A DNA stretch of 64,000 nt, taken from assembly GCA_964016885.1 (NCBI GenBank), contig OZ024747.1, positions 68,200,001 through 68,264,000 on the forward strand. Reading direction: 5' to 3'. The position numbers and the translations under genes were made by a program. The notes below the pieces were generated by a model, which worked only from the letters and a program-made list of their open reading frames with translations, searched no databases and was not told where the DNA came from. Source of the stretch: Eledone cirrhosa (lineage: Eukaryota). Below are positions 50,750 to 62,436 of the stretch, piece after piece (the stretch's first letter is position 1; the number at the start of each line of letters is the position of its first letter).

Positions 50750-52887
50750 AAAGGAATGAAAGGCTACTAAATGAGGAGAATAAATGGGAGAAAGACAGTC
50801 TCCCCCATATCGACCCAATAGAGGGACCAGCAGTGTTAGTCGAGGGGAGTATAATAAGTAAGGCAATCAAGGATATGAAGACGGGTAAGGCGGCTGGGCC
50901 TTCGGAAATAGTTGCTGAGATGCTGAAGGCATCTGGCACGGTGGGACACACCATGGTCACCCGCATAGTTAACCAAGTCGTACAGAATGGGGTTGTTCCG
51001 AAGGACTGGCATAGCAGCATCATCGTTAACTGTTATAAGGGTAAAGGAGACGCCCTAGATAGGAGTAACTATAGAGGCATTAAATTAATCGACCAGGTCA
51101 TGAAGGTCACGGAAAAAGTAATAGCGCAACTAATCAGAGAGAGAATTGACCTAGATGAAATGCAGTTCGGGTTTGTGTCAGGCAAAAGTACCACAGACGC
51201 TCTTTTCATAGTACGACAACTACAGGAGAAGTACCTAGCTAAAGGTAAACCCCTCTACTTAGCTTTTGTCGACTTGGAGAAAGCCTTCGACAGAGTCCCC
51301 CGCTCCATTATCTGGTGGGCTCTTAGAAAACTAGGCGTTGACGAATGGCTTGTGAGGGCTATACAAGCCATGTATAAAGAAACAGTCAGCAAGGTTAGAA
51401 TTAACAACGAATATAGTGAAGAGTTTAGCGTAAAAGTTGGCGTCCATCAGGGCTCTGTTCTCAGCCCACTATTATTTATTATTGCCCTTCAGGCTATAAC
51501 AGAGGAGTTCAAGACAGGCTGCCCATGGGGACTCCTATACGCAGACGACCTGACACTCATAGCGGAATCAATGGCCGAGCTAGAGAAGAAATTCCAAACA
51601 TGGAAGCACAGCCTAGAGTCAAAAGGACTTAAAATTAACCTGGCTAAGACCAAAGTACTAGTTTGTAGGAAAGAAAACAAGGCGGCGGTCCCTTCTGGGA
51701 AATGGTCGTGCTCGGTGTGTAGGAAAGGCGTAGGTAGAAACTCCATTTTATGTCCTAAATGCAAAGTATGGGTGCATAAAAGATGTAGTGGGATCACAGG
51801 TAAGCTAACTAAGAACATAGATTTTACATGTGGCCGGTGCTCTGGTGCAATAAGTAGCAGCAAGTGCCCACAAAATACTAGCTCTTTCAATTGCGCAGAG
51901 GGTTCTATAGAAATAGTGGACAGCTTCCGTTACCTGGGCGATAAAATCAGCAGTGGGGGAAGGGTGCTCTGAAAGTACTGTAGCTAGAGTCAGAACTGGT
52001 TGGAAAAAGTTCAGAGAGCTTATACCACTATTAGCTGCTAAAGGGTTCTCACTAAAAATGAAAGGCAGGTTGTACGATGCCTGCATACGAACAGCAATGC
52101 TGCATGGCAGTGAGACCTGGGCATTGTGTGCAGAGGATATACGCAGACTAGAGAGGAACGAAGCTTGCATGCTCCGCTGGATGTGTAACAGTAATATACG
52201 TGAACGGCAAAGCATAAACGAACTAAGGAAAAAATTAGAGATAAGAGGGATCAGATGTTGTTTACTCGAGAGAAGGCTACGTTGGTATGGACACGTGATG
52301 CGCATGAAAGTCGATAGCTGTATAACAAAGTGCAGGGCAATAAAGATAGACGGTAGTCACGGAATAGGCAGACCTAGAAAAACCTGGGACGAGCTGATAA
52401 ACTCCGACATCACACACTTACACCTCTCCAAGACAATGTCACTGGACCGAGACCTTTGGCGGTACTCAGTAACAGAGAAGACCCGCCTTACCTAAATATA
52501 TAGTAAAACCTACTCCAGCCAGTAGGCATCTCTAACAAAATACACCCCGTCCCACCACCACCACCCCCACCCCATCCACACCACCCCGTTCTATGTAAAG
52601 TTATGTTGGTGCCGCGCCATCGAGGCCGAAACAAATGAGATCGTGTAGGTGTCACGACAAAAAAACACACAGTCCACGCTGTAATGTGGCCGTGTAGGCA
52701 ACACGGTAAAAACCTCCCAGACCCACACTGTAAATGTGGTTGGTGTTAGGAAGGGCATCCAACTGTAGAAAACCTGCCAGACAGTCCTATGCGAGCAAGA
52801 CAATCACTCTTGCCTCAAGTGGGACTACCCCCGTCCAAACCCATGCAAGCGTGGAACACGGACGTTAAACGTTGATGATGATGATGA
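50750..52887 (+). mobile_element. 5'-truncated RTE-clade LINE: RT domain, PHD-like finger, C-terminus and 3' UTR; one +1 frameshift near 51961
   Basis: Motifs NYRGIKL, QFGF, AFVDLEKAFD, GVHQGSVLSP, YADD, FRYLG; both ends sit in (TA)n. Confidence 0.96.
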
Positions 52888-53840
52888 TATATATATATAT
52901 ATATATATCTAGTGCCAAGAGTTTCTGAAGAAATAGATCAAGGGGGAAAAAAGCACTATGTAATGTACAAAGTCCTATTTGAAACTTTAGGTAGCAAGCA
53001 TTTGTGTTGAGATCTCATTCATATTATATATAGAGAGAGATAGAGAGAGGGGGAGAGAAAGTTGTCAATTAACTTTTGGAAAATTCTGGAAAACCCCTGA
53101 AAAATGCTGGAAAAATTTATGAATTAAATTAGCTGTTTCGTGGTTTTTAGCTACTTTTGAGTAAGTTTGTATATAATAACCATGTTTATTCGTGTATAAT
53201 ATACAATTCTATTAAAGATTTTTAAACCTTAAAATTACAACTAGCTTAGTACAGAAGATATTGCAGCCATTGCAATATGTCACCATCATTTAACGTCCAT
53301 TTTCCCTCCTAGCAAGGGTTTGATGGGTCTTCACACATACAGTTCTCAAGCAGGATTACTAACCTCTCAGATGGAGTGCAGGCCTGCATCTCACTTACAT
53401 GGCACCAGCACTAGAGTGGCTGTCATATCTGACACAGCTGAAAAGTCCTCTCGATCTTTTATTTGGCAAGTTTTCTATGGCCAGATGCCCTTCCTATCAC
53501 CAACCACTTTATAGAGTGTACTGGGTGTGTTTATCATGTATATGCTATATTTTCTCTCCTTACCTCTCTCACACTGTAGTAACAAGAGGATCAGTGGCAT
53601 AACAACATCAACAACAACTGTGTACCTAACTATCTATTTGTCTGGCTGTCTATCTATCAGTTTATCAATCTATGTCTATCTACTTCCTTATATGTCTGTA
53701 TATCTACCTACTTGTCCATTTATCTATCTGCCAACTTACCTGTCTGTCTATAGCTATCTGTCTATAGCTATCTATTTATCTATATTTATCCTATCTTTAG
53801 AAAAGAACAACAAACCGATGAATCCAAACAAAACAGTCCA

Positions 53841-54012
53841 AAAATAAATAGATACATAGAACAAAGTCATCATAACTTAGTGGTTATATGTTTGATAAAA
53901 TAAATAGATATATAGAACAAAGTGATCATAACTTAGTGGTTATATGTTTGATAAAATAAATAGATATATAGAACAAAGTGATCATAACTTAGTGGTTATA
54001 TGTTTGATAAAA
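53841..54012. repeat. 56-bp x3 tandem repeat
   Basis: aaaataaatagatatatagaacaaagtgatcataacttagtggttatatgtttgat repeated. Confidence 0.92.
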
Positions 54013-54154
54013 ATTAAAGAAAATAAGGAAGAAAATTATTGTAATTGATAAAAATGAATGTAAAATGATTTATGGTCATGGCTGAAGTGACAAGAGGGAG
54101 AAGTTCAAGAAAACAGAATCAAAGTTTCAAGAATCTTCACATGAAATATGGTAA

Positions 54155-54269
54155 TTAACCTTTAGCATGCTGAAGTTTTTATGAATGGCTTCCCTTGACA
54201 TTGCATTATGTATTAAGGGCAGATTACTCTATTGGTGACATAAGGTGCCTAGAGCATGCTGAAGGTTAA
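54155..54269. mobile_element. TTAA-flanked MITE (piggyBac-like)
   Basis: ttaa-cctttagcatgct ... agcatgctgaagg-ttaa. Confidence 0.75.
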
Positions 54270-54628
54270 GGAATTATTCAATAAAGTTTTGTTTTTTTTA
54301 ATAATAAATCCTGTCATTTTTGATGGGCAGCCTGCTAATGTATGTCTTGTTTCTTTTTTTTAGTTCAGAACAAAATGGACAGATTTTTCAATATGAAGAT
54401 AAAAAATCAAATTTTGATAAATGTATCAATCAGCAGCCTTATGCATTAACATAAATGTTAACATTACCTGTCCGGTAATATAGCAAAGAGAAAATATATA
54501 TCTACAAATAGTTTTGTAGGTGTTCACTTTCTAATTTCTGACTACAATTTTGACACCCACACAGACAACTTCCCTATGTGTGTGTGTGTGTGTGTTAATG
54601 AAGCTATCGGAATCCATAGAGTCCTGAC

Positions 54629-54846
54629 CAGGCATGTCAAAATGAGGGTGCTCGAGGGCCACATGAGTCACACATGTGTTGTCAGAGAGCCGCACACGAC
54701 AACTAATTGCTCACATCGCAACAAATTTTTTTTAATTTTATATTACGAAGATAAAACATGCTCGTGCTGTAAAAACATTTGTGCAGGCCACAAGTGTGCT
54801 TGTAAAGGGCCGCATGCGTCCCACAGGCTGCATTTTGACATGCCTG
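54629..54846. mobile_element. hAT-type MITE
   Basis: Perfect 16-bp TIR caggcatgtcaaaatg; 8-bp TSD gtcctgac / gtcccgac. Confidence 0.88.
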
Positions 54847-56305
54847 GTCCCGACCATTCCAATTACACTCTGAATGAGAAGACTTACAGTTGGGAACATA
54901 TAAGTTTATATTCAAAGTTAGTAATCCATCAGAACCACTGATCTCAGATACTACAGAGTACCTCATGTAGTTTATTGCGGCACCAAAACTAAGGAAGCTC
55001 CTTGTCACAATTTAATATGGCACAAGAAATTGGAAGGTCGTCATGTCTTTGACACAACTGCATCACCTTAAAAATTAAAGTCTTTCCTCTAATACTACAA
55101 ATCTTCACAATGATCTGTATATTAGTAATATTATAGACATTTCAATTAACAAACCTGTTTTTAGATATTTTCTGCTAAATCATTTCAGGTGTGTGTGTGT
55201 GTATGTGTGTACGTGTGTGTATATGTGTGCACGTGTGCATGCATGAATAATCACTTTTGCCTAAACCCTATCTTAACTATTAAGTATAACCAGAAGACAT
55301 TTTGATGACAATACCTGTCCTGTTAAAGGGGAACAAAAGGTAAAATTTATAATGTCAGCTATTTTTGTGATAATAAAACACTCACTGCATATAGATTAAG
55401 TGTGTACACACTCATATATGTGTGTGTGCCAGTGCCTCTGTATGTGTGTGTGGGGGGGGGGGGGGGGATGTGTTTGTGTGTGTCACCACATAGGTAGGCT
55501 AAGCTTCATTGAACTGTTGACATACAGATCCCATATCAGGATGCACACACACACACAATGCCTTGCTAGATTTGTTCTCGCTCTCTGCACTCAGGTGTCC
55601 ATAGGTAAATAAAAACACCAGTCAAGGACAGTGGATTGGCAGAATCGTTAGAGCATAGAATGAAATGTTTTGTGGCATCTGTTCCAGCAGTTTATATTCT
55701 GTGTTCAAATTCCATTGAAGTCAGTTTTACTTTTCATCCCTTCAGAGTCGATAAATAAAGTATCTGCACTATATACAAATGAGCATCTCCCAAAATGTAT
55801 CATTTGCAAAATCTATATATAAACTATTAGCTTCACTCCCTCAGTACCAAGTGAGTAAACATCACAGATGATGGATAAAATCCTGAATACTAGTATTTGG
55901 TATTCTCAAATGGTTACTAAGGTAGCTATGATATGATCACTGCTTAAAATACCCACAGTGATACATAAAAATGTTCTATATGCTTTTATATATAGCTCTA
56001 TTTTTAATGATGATGTGTTAAAGGACCAGTGCAGAATTGTTAGAGCATTGTATGAAATGCCTTATGGCTTCTGTTCCAGCACTTCATTCTGAGTTCACTG
56101 GGTGCACTTTGGTGTCAATAGCTACATCCTGTGTAATTCATAATTGGGCAACATGAACAGTTTGGTCTAAAACCAGGATAGATAAGCAGGGAACAGCATG
56201 CTTGTGCTCCATCTGGCAGTGGATTGACAAAGGATAAAGCTCCAATTTCAAACAGAAAAGTGTAAACAGACTTAATAACATTTGAACCATGTAACTATCA
56301 CTTAC

Positions 56306-56320
56306 TGCATGATCAAGTTA
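56306..56320 (-). CDS. Candidate 15-nt microexon TAACTTGATCATGCA (x-N-L-I-M-x)
   Basis: Acceptor cattaactcccttgtttttcttgttccag and donor gtaagtg; only the phase 2-2 frame is stop-free. Confidence 0.55.
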
Positions 56321-56737
56321 CTGGAACAAGAAAAACAAGGGAGTTAATGTAAGTGTGTGTGTCCGTACTTTTGTGTGGTTCTACATGAACGATTATATAA
56401 AATGAAGAAATGAAAGGAGGTGAATCTGTGTGGGTGCTGGTGGTGATACCAGCTCCAGTTACAAATTTTACAGATGAGAGACTCCCACCTATAACCTACA
56501 TGACTCAGTACTGCAATTTATAGTCAAGTATTTCCCCACATGTTGCATGTCAGAGCATGCAGGATAAGAAATCACTTCCACATGTCTGTAATCAACATAA
56601 ACTATAGGGTTTCTCAAAACACAAATTTCCTAATTTGGATGATTGTTCATATATTCAATAATCCTGGTATATATGGTAAATCAAACCTAGACTCCAAAAA
56701 GGATATATGTTCAACACTATTGTCTTCATTATTAAAA

Positions 56738-57625
56738 GGGTGGTGGATTGGTAGAATCGGTAGAGGGTTGGATGCCATGCTTTGCAGCATAGAATTACGG
56801 CCCTTTATGATCTGAGTTCAAATCCTGCAAAGGTTAACTTTGCCTTTCATCCTTATGGGGTCGATAAAATAAAACTCCAGTAATGCACTGGAGCAATTGC
56901 TGGCCTTGTGCCAAAAGTAAAAACAATTATTAAAAGCACGGGTCCACTGGTAGATATTACCCCAGTAAACAACATAATTGTTTCTACATTTGGCACAAGG
57001 CCAGCAATTACCCAGTGTATTACTGGTACTTTATTTTATCGACCCCGAAAGGATGAAAGGCAAAGTTAACCTCGGCGGGATTTGAACTCAGAATGGCAAG
57101 GACCGTAACTATGCGTCAAAGCATGGCGTCCGACCCTCTCAATATATAAGGCTAGCCTGAATGTGTAATATAGGAGGTATTTCTGGACTATCCCACTACA
57201 CACCATATAATGCAAACTGGAATGTGCAGTATGTGAAATATATTTGGACTATCCCAATGTATTCCATACATGGCATGTCAGAGCATGCAATATGTGGGAG
57301 TATGATGCAATATGTGACAGACTAAAGCAAAAGGAAATGACTTGTTCGAGAACACAATATAATGCCCAAGAATGGAACTGTCTCATCCCCCCCCCCTCCC
57401 AAAATCGTTAGCCTTGTGCCTAAATCAGAAACTATTATTACTATTAACAGTATTGGTAGAGAGTCGGACACCATGCTTTACAGCAGAGAGTTATGGCCCT
57501 TTATGATCTGAGTTCAAATCCCGCCGAGGTTAACTTTGCCTTTCATCCTTACGGGGTCGATAAAATAAAGTACCAGTAAGGCACTGGGTATTTGCTGGCC
57601 TTGTGCCTAAAGTAGAAACAATTAT
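56738..57625. mobile_element. Meta-type SINEs in alternating orientation: 56738-56930 (+), 56975-57140 (-), 57450-57625 (+)
   Basis: Each carries the B-box and gcctttcatcc...ggggtcgataaaataaa domain. Confidence 0.85.
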
Positions 57626-57817
57626 TACTACTTATATATTTTATTTGCATGTGTATATGTCTATGTAATTATATGTAATTAAGAGAAACCAATTGTAATT
57701 ATTTCTCTAGAAACTAGAATTAAGTTCAATATTCTTTAAGCAATATCTTTGTCTAGCCAAGTAACACCCACTCCCTATCATGGCAAGTGTTGCCAATCTT
57801 ATTACCATTATTTCTGT

Positions 57818-58176
57818 TACATACACATACATACATATACATACATACATATACATACACACATACACACATACACACATACATACATACATACATACAT
57901 ACACATACATACATACATACACATACATACATACATACACACACATACATACATACATATACATACATATACATACATATATATATATACATACATATAT
58001 ATATATATATACATACATACATATACATACACATACATATATATATATACATACACATACATACATATATATATATATATACATACACATACATACATAT
58101 ACACATACATACATATATATATACATACATATACATATATATATATATATATATAACACATTTACACACACACACA
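57818..58176. repeat. (TACA)n/(TA)n/(CA)n compound microsatellite
   Basis: Direct reading. Confidence 0.93.
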
Positions 58177-58556
58177 TGCTAGTCATATGTATGTGTATAT
58201 TTATGTATGCATATGGAGATGTATTAATATTTATATCATTGGAAGGTGAGAAGAGAGAGAGGAAAAATACAGTGAAGTTGCAGAAATGTCTAACTTGGGT
58301 GTCATGGCAATTGATACCAGTCCAAGAGTAACTGATAGGTTACCTTGGGAACAAATAGCACAGGTCACTAAACTAGAGTCCAACACAGCCATTCATTTAT
58401 CCAGCCAACCAATCAACCATCCACTCAGCCAGGAAGCAATCAAAATGGCTACCCAACCAGTCAGCCATCTAACCAACTAACCATTCATGTATCTATCAAG
58501 CCAGCTTCTATCAAGACATCATTCTATTTAGCCAGACATCAAATTAGCCATCCTTC

Positions 58557-59645
58557 CAGCCAGCCATTAAACTAGCAATCCAATCCTCCTATTTAGCCAA
58601 CCAGTAATCTAGCCATCTTTCAAGCCAACCAGCTAGCCATTAAACTAGCAATCCAATCCTCCTATTTAGCCAACCAGTAATCTAGCCATCTTTCAAGCCA
58701 ACCAGCTAGCCATTAAACTAGCAATCCAATCCTCCTATTTAGCCAACCAGTAATCTAGCCATCTTTCAAGCCAACCAGCTAGCCATTAAACTAGCAATCC
58801 AATCCTCCTATTTAGCCAACCAGTAATCTAGCCATCTTTCAAGCCAACCAGCCAGCCATTAAACTAGCAATCCAATCCTTCTATTTAGACAACCAGTAAT
58901 TTAGCCATCTTTCAAGCCAACCAGCTAGCCATTAAACTAGCAATCCAATCCTTCTATTTAGCCAACCAGTAATCTAGCCATCTTTCAAGCCAACCAGCTA
59001 GCCATTAAACTAGCAATCCAATCCTCTTATTTAGCCAACCAGTAATTTAGCCATCTTTCAAGCCAACCAGCTAGCCATTAAACTAGCAATCCAATCCTCC
59101 TATTTAGCCAACCAGTAATTTAGCCATCTTTCAAGCCAACCAGCTAGCCATTAAACTAGCAATCCAATCCTCCTATTTAGCCATCTTTCAAGCCAACCAG
59201 CCAGCTATTAAACTAGCAATCCAATCCTCCTTCTATTTAGCCAACCAGTAATCTAGCCATCTTTCAAGCCAACCAGCCAGCCATTAAACTAGCAATCCAA
59301 TCCTCCTTCTATTTAGCCAACCAGTAATCTAGCCATCTTTCAAGCCAACCAGCCAGCCATTAAACTAGCAATCCAATCCTCCTATTTAGCCAACCAGTAA
59401 TCTAGCCATCTTTCAAGCCAACCAGCCAGCCATTAAACTAGCAATCCAATCCTCCTATTTAGCCAACCAGTAATCTAGCCATCTTTCAAGCCAACCAGCC
59501 AGCCATTAAACTAGCAATCCAATCCTCCTTCTATTTAGCCAACCAGTAATCTAGCCATCTTTCAAGCCAACCAGCCAGCCATTAAACTAGCAATCCAATC
59601 CTCCTATTTAGCCAACCAGTAATCTAGCCATCTTTCAAGCCAAGG
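58557..59645. repeat. 73-bp minisatellite, about 15 copies
   Basis: ccattaaactagcaatcc... recurs at 58564, 58637, 58710 and onward. Confidence 0.95.
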
Positions 59646-59935
59646 CCAGCATGCAACATGTCGATACTTGTCATAATGAACAGTGAGTGGTTCTCATGTT
59701 ATAATGCATCATAAAAAGTGGTAGGATTCTAGGGTGACCTAGGTAACAAGGTAGGGGTCTAGAGTAACCAAGGTAATGAGGGAGTCAGAAGAAAAACAGG
59801 GAGGAACTTGAAAGGAGAGGATGGATAATGATTTGTTAAATAATAACACCTGCATCATATACACACACATACACACATTAATAATTCAGTGTGGTAGCTA
59901 TTAGAGCGCAAGTTGTGGAGCAGCATTATATTATG

Positions 59936-59977
<42 letters not shown>

Positions 59978-59993
59978 TTTAATATAGAAATAC

Positions 59994-60170
59994 CTTCTAC
60001 AGGACTAGAACTGTTTCATTTGAAGGAAATCATCAGGAAAGCTTTCCTGATGATTTCTTTCGAATGAAACAGTTCTAGTCCTGTAGAAGCCATCTCTATA
60101 AAACATTTCTACTCTGCTATGTATTGAGTACCATACCTACTGTGGTTACCCCCCAATTAAACCCGAGATA
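59994..60170 (+). ncRNA. Head-to-head pair of type I hammerhead motifs in a short Penelope-like element
   Basis: gctttc-CTGATGA-tttctttcgaat-GAAA-cag(ttctagtc)ctg-TA-gaagc at 60041-60090; inverted copy at 59994-60041. Confidence 0.7.
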
Positions 60171-60207
60171 TACACACATTATATATATATAATATATATA
60201 TATATAT

Positions 60208-60540
60208 GGAGGCACATAGCTTAGTGGTTAGAGCATTGGCCTTGCAATTGAAATGTTGTGAGTTCAATTCTCAGACCGGGTGATGTGTTGTTTCCTTGAG
60301 CAAGACACTTTATTTCACATTGCTCCAGTTTACTCAGCTGTAGAAATGAGATAAGGACTGGGGTCCCTATCATTCCACTGCAAAGTGGACGTGTAGGCGC
60401 CACGGAAAAAAGCACCCAGCACTCACTGTAAATGAGGTTGGTGTTAGCAAGGGCATCCAGCTGTAGAAATCAAGCCAGAATCAGTTCCCGTCCCACCCTT
60501 GCAAGCAGGGAAAAGCAGACGTAAAATGATGATAATGAAA
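60208..60540 (+). mobile_element. CORE-type SINE with RTE-like tail
   Basis: Near-identical to 3071-3400, with internal deletions. Confidence 0.85.
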
Positions 60541-60604
60541 TGATATATATATATAAGCAGTAGCGTATTGCAATATGCATTAATATATGCTTCTATTATA
60601 TATA

Positions 60605-60642
<38 letters not shown>

Positions 60643-61906
60643 TGTATATAATGAACAAAGGAATACACACACATACACTAGAACATAAGCCATGCTTTTC
60701 TTTAGAAAAAACGTAGAAAACCAGCGTTTGTCTTATAGATGGATCTATACAATTTGGTATACTTAATTAAATATATAATAATTTTCCTGCAATCAGTAAA
60801 TAAATCAATAAGCAGCAATGCTGCATAGCAGCATTGTGGAAATATCCAAAGTGACAGCGAGGGTGATATAATGATATGACCTGTCACACAATTTCCATGC
60901 ATGAATAAGTATGGATTGAGTTAAAAAAGACTTAGTAATTTTCTTACTCTTGTTGGAGCAAGAAGTGTCACAAACTAGGTTGGTCAGCTTACCTAACTAT
61001 AAGTTGTGAATTGGCAGTATCGGTAGAGGGTCGGATGCCATGCTTTCCAGCATAGTTACCTCCCTGCATGTGTACCCCCTATTTGGGCAGAGGGGGTACA
61101 CATTGTAAAGCCTAGCTCAGGCACTGGCTCTGATTACATGTATGAAAATATCATTTTAGTTTGTGGTTATTTACTAGTGCTGGTGCTTCAATAAAATGGC
61201 AATGCTGCTGCCATTGAAAAATACACCCAATCCACCTTGTAAAGTGAAAGTAATGCTGCCATTGAAAAATGCACCCAGTCCATCCTGTAAAGTGGAAGTG
61301 ATGGCACCATGTTGAAATGCACCCAGTCCACTTGTAATGTGGTAGTGCTTGTGCCACGAAAACACACTATTTATACACTATAACACGGTTGACATTAGAA
61401 AAGGTATCCAGCTGTAGAAAGCATACCAAATATAGAACATATGAGTAGGAGGTTGCTCCAGCCTATCTGGTTTCAGACCACGATGTCCAACCCATGCCAT
61501 TTTGTGATCCTTTAAGGTTCAGTAATTCACCTTTCTTATGTTTGCACCTTAGGTAGCTGGCCCTACATATAATATCAATATATAAATGGTGTTGTCATTC
61601 TTTACAAGTCATGTATTGTCAGTGAAGGTGTCCGAAGAAGAGATTTTATCTCGAAATATCAGGACAGATAAACAAATAAGGTAACACTTAACGTCTTGTT
61701 CGTTCATTTCGCATTGTCGTGGTTTTTAAACTTCACTTCGCCACATTTTTGGGTTTTAGAAAATATTCTAATAACAATTTATAAGCCTTTAGAACGGCAA
61801 AAAATGGTGTTTTCCGTTCAGCGGTTTTATAGGCCCTGTTTTTATTTTTCCGCAGTAAAAAAAATAAATTCCACCGCTGCTTCCATCACATGATGTTTAC
61901 ACATAC

Positions 61907-62415
61907 AAAAGGACGATTTGTTACATCTTCATTATGTTTATTGAGTAGTGACGCGATGTGTATCGATCTAGCCCGACTCTGGAATCAAAAGCTCGTCGGG
62001 CTAGATCTATACATATCGAACTCTGAGCTGATCAATAGCGAAACGCGCGTCACTACTGAATAAACGTAATGAAGACGACAAATCGTCCTTTTATTATCAT
62101 TATTATTATTATTAAGGGCGGTGGATTGGCAGTATCGGTAGAGGGTCGGACGCCATGCTTTGCAGCATAGAGTTACGGCCTTTTATGGTCTGAGTTCAAA
62201 TCCCGCCGAGGTTAACTTTGCCTTTCATCCTTTCGGGGTCGATAAAATAAAGTACCAGTAATACACTGGTATAATTGCTGGCCTTGTGCCTAAAGTAGAA
62301 ACAATTATTATTATTATTATTATTACACTCTGCTTAGTACTACACCTCTATACTTACTGGAAACTACGCATCGAGTGCTCACTCTGGTGAACCTACAATA
62401 ACTACACGTTACAAT
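61907..62415 (+). mobile_element. Penelope-like pLTR fragment with 5' inversion, interrupted by a Meta-type SINE at 62116-62306
   Basis: Inverted arms 61907-61955 / 62046-62092; GAAACGCGCGTC; homology to 4321-4478 resumes after the SINE. Confidence 0.65.
62116..62306 (+). mobile_element. Full-length Meta-type SINE inserted in (ATT)n
   Basis: A-box tggcagtatcgg, B-box gagttcaaatcc, central domain and tail. Confidence 0.88.
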
Positions 62416-62436
62416 CTCTCTCTCTCTCTCATATAT

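Noticed and set aside
54468-54501. 34-nt minus-strand exon IYFLFAILPD
   Set aside because: The acceptor is weak and a similar sequence occurs near 55310, suggesting a repeat; it would also compete with the better microexon candidate
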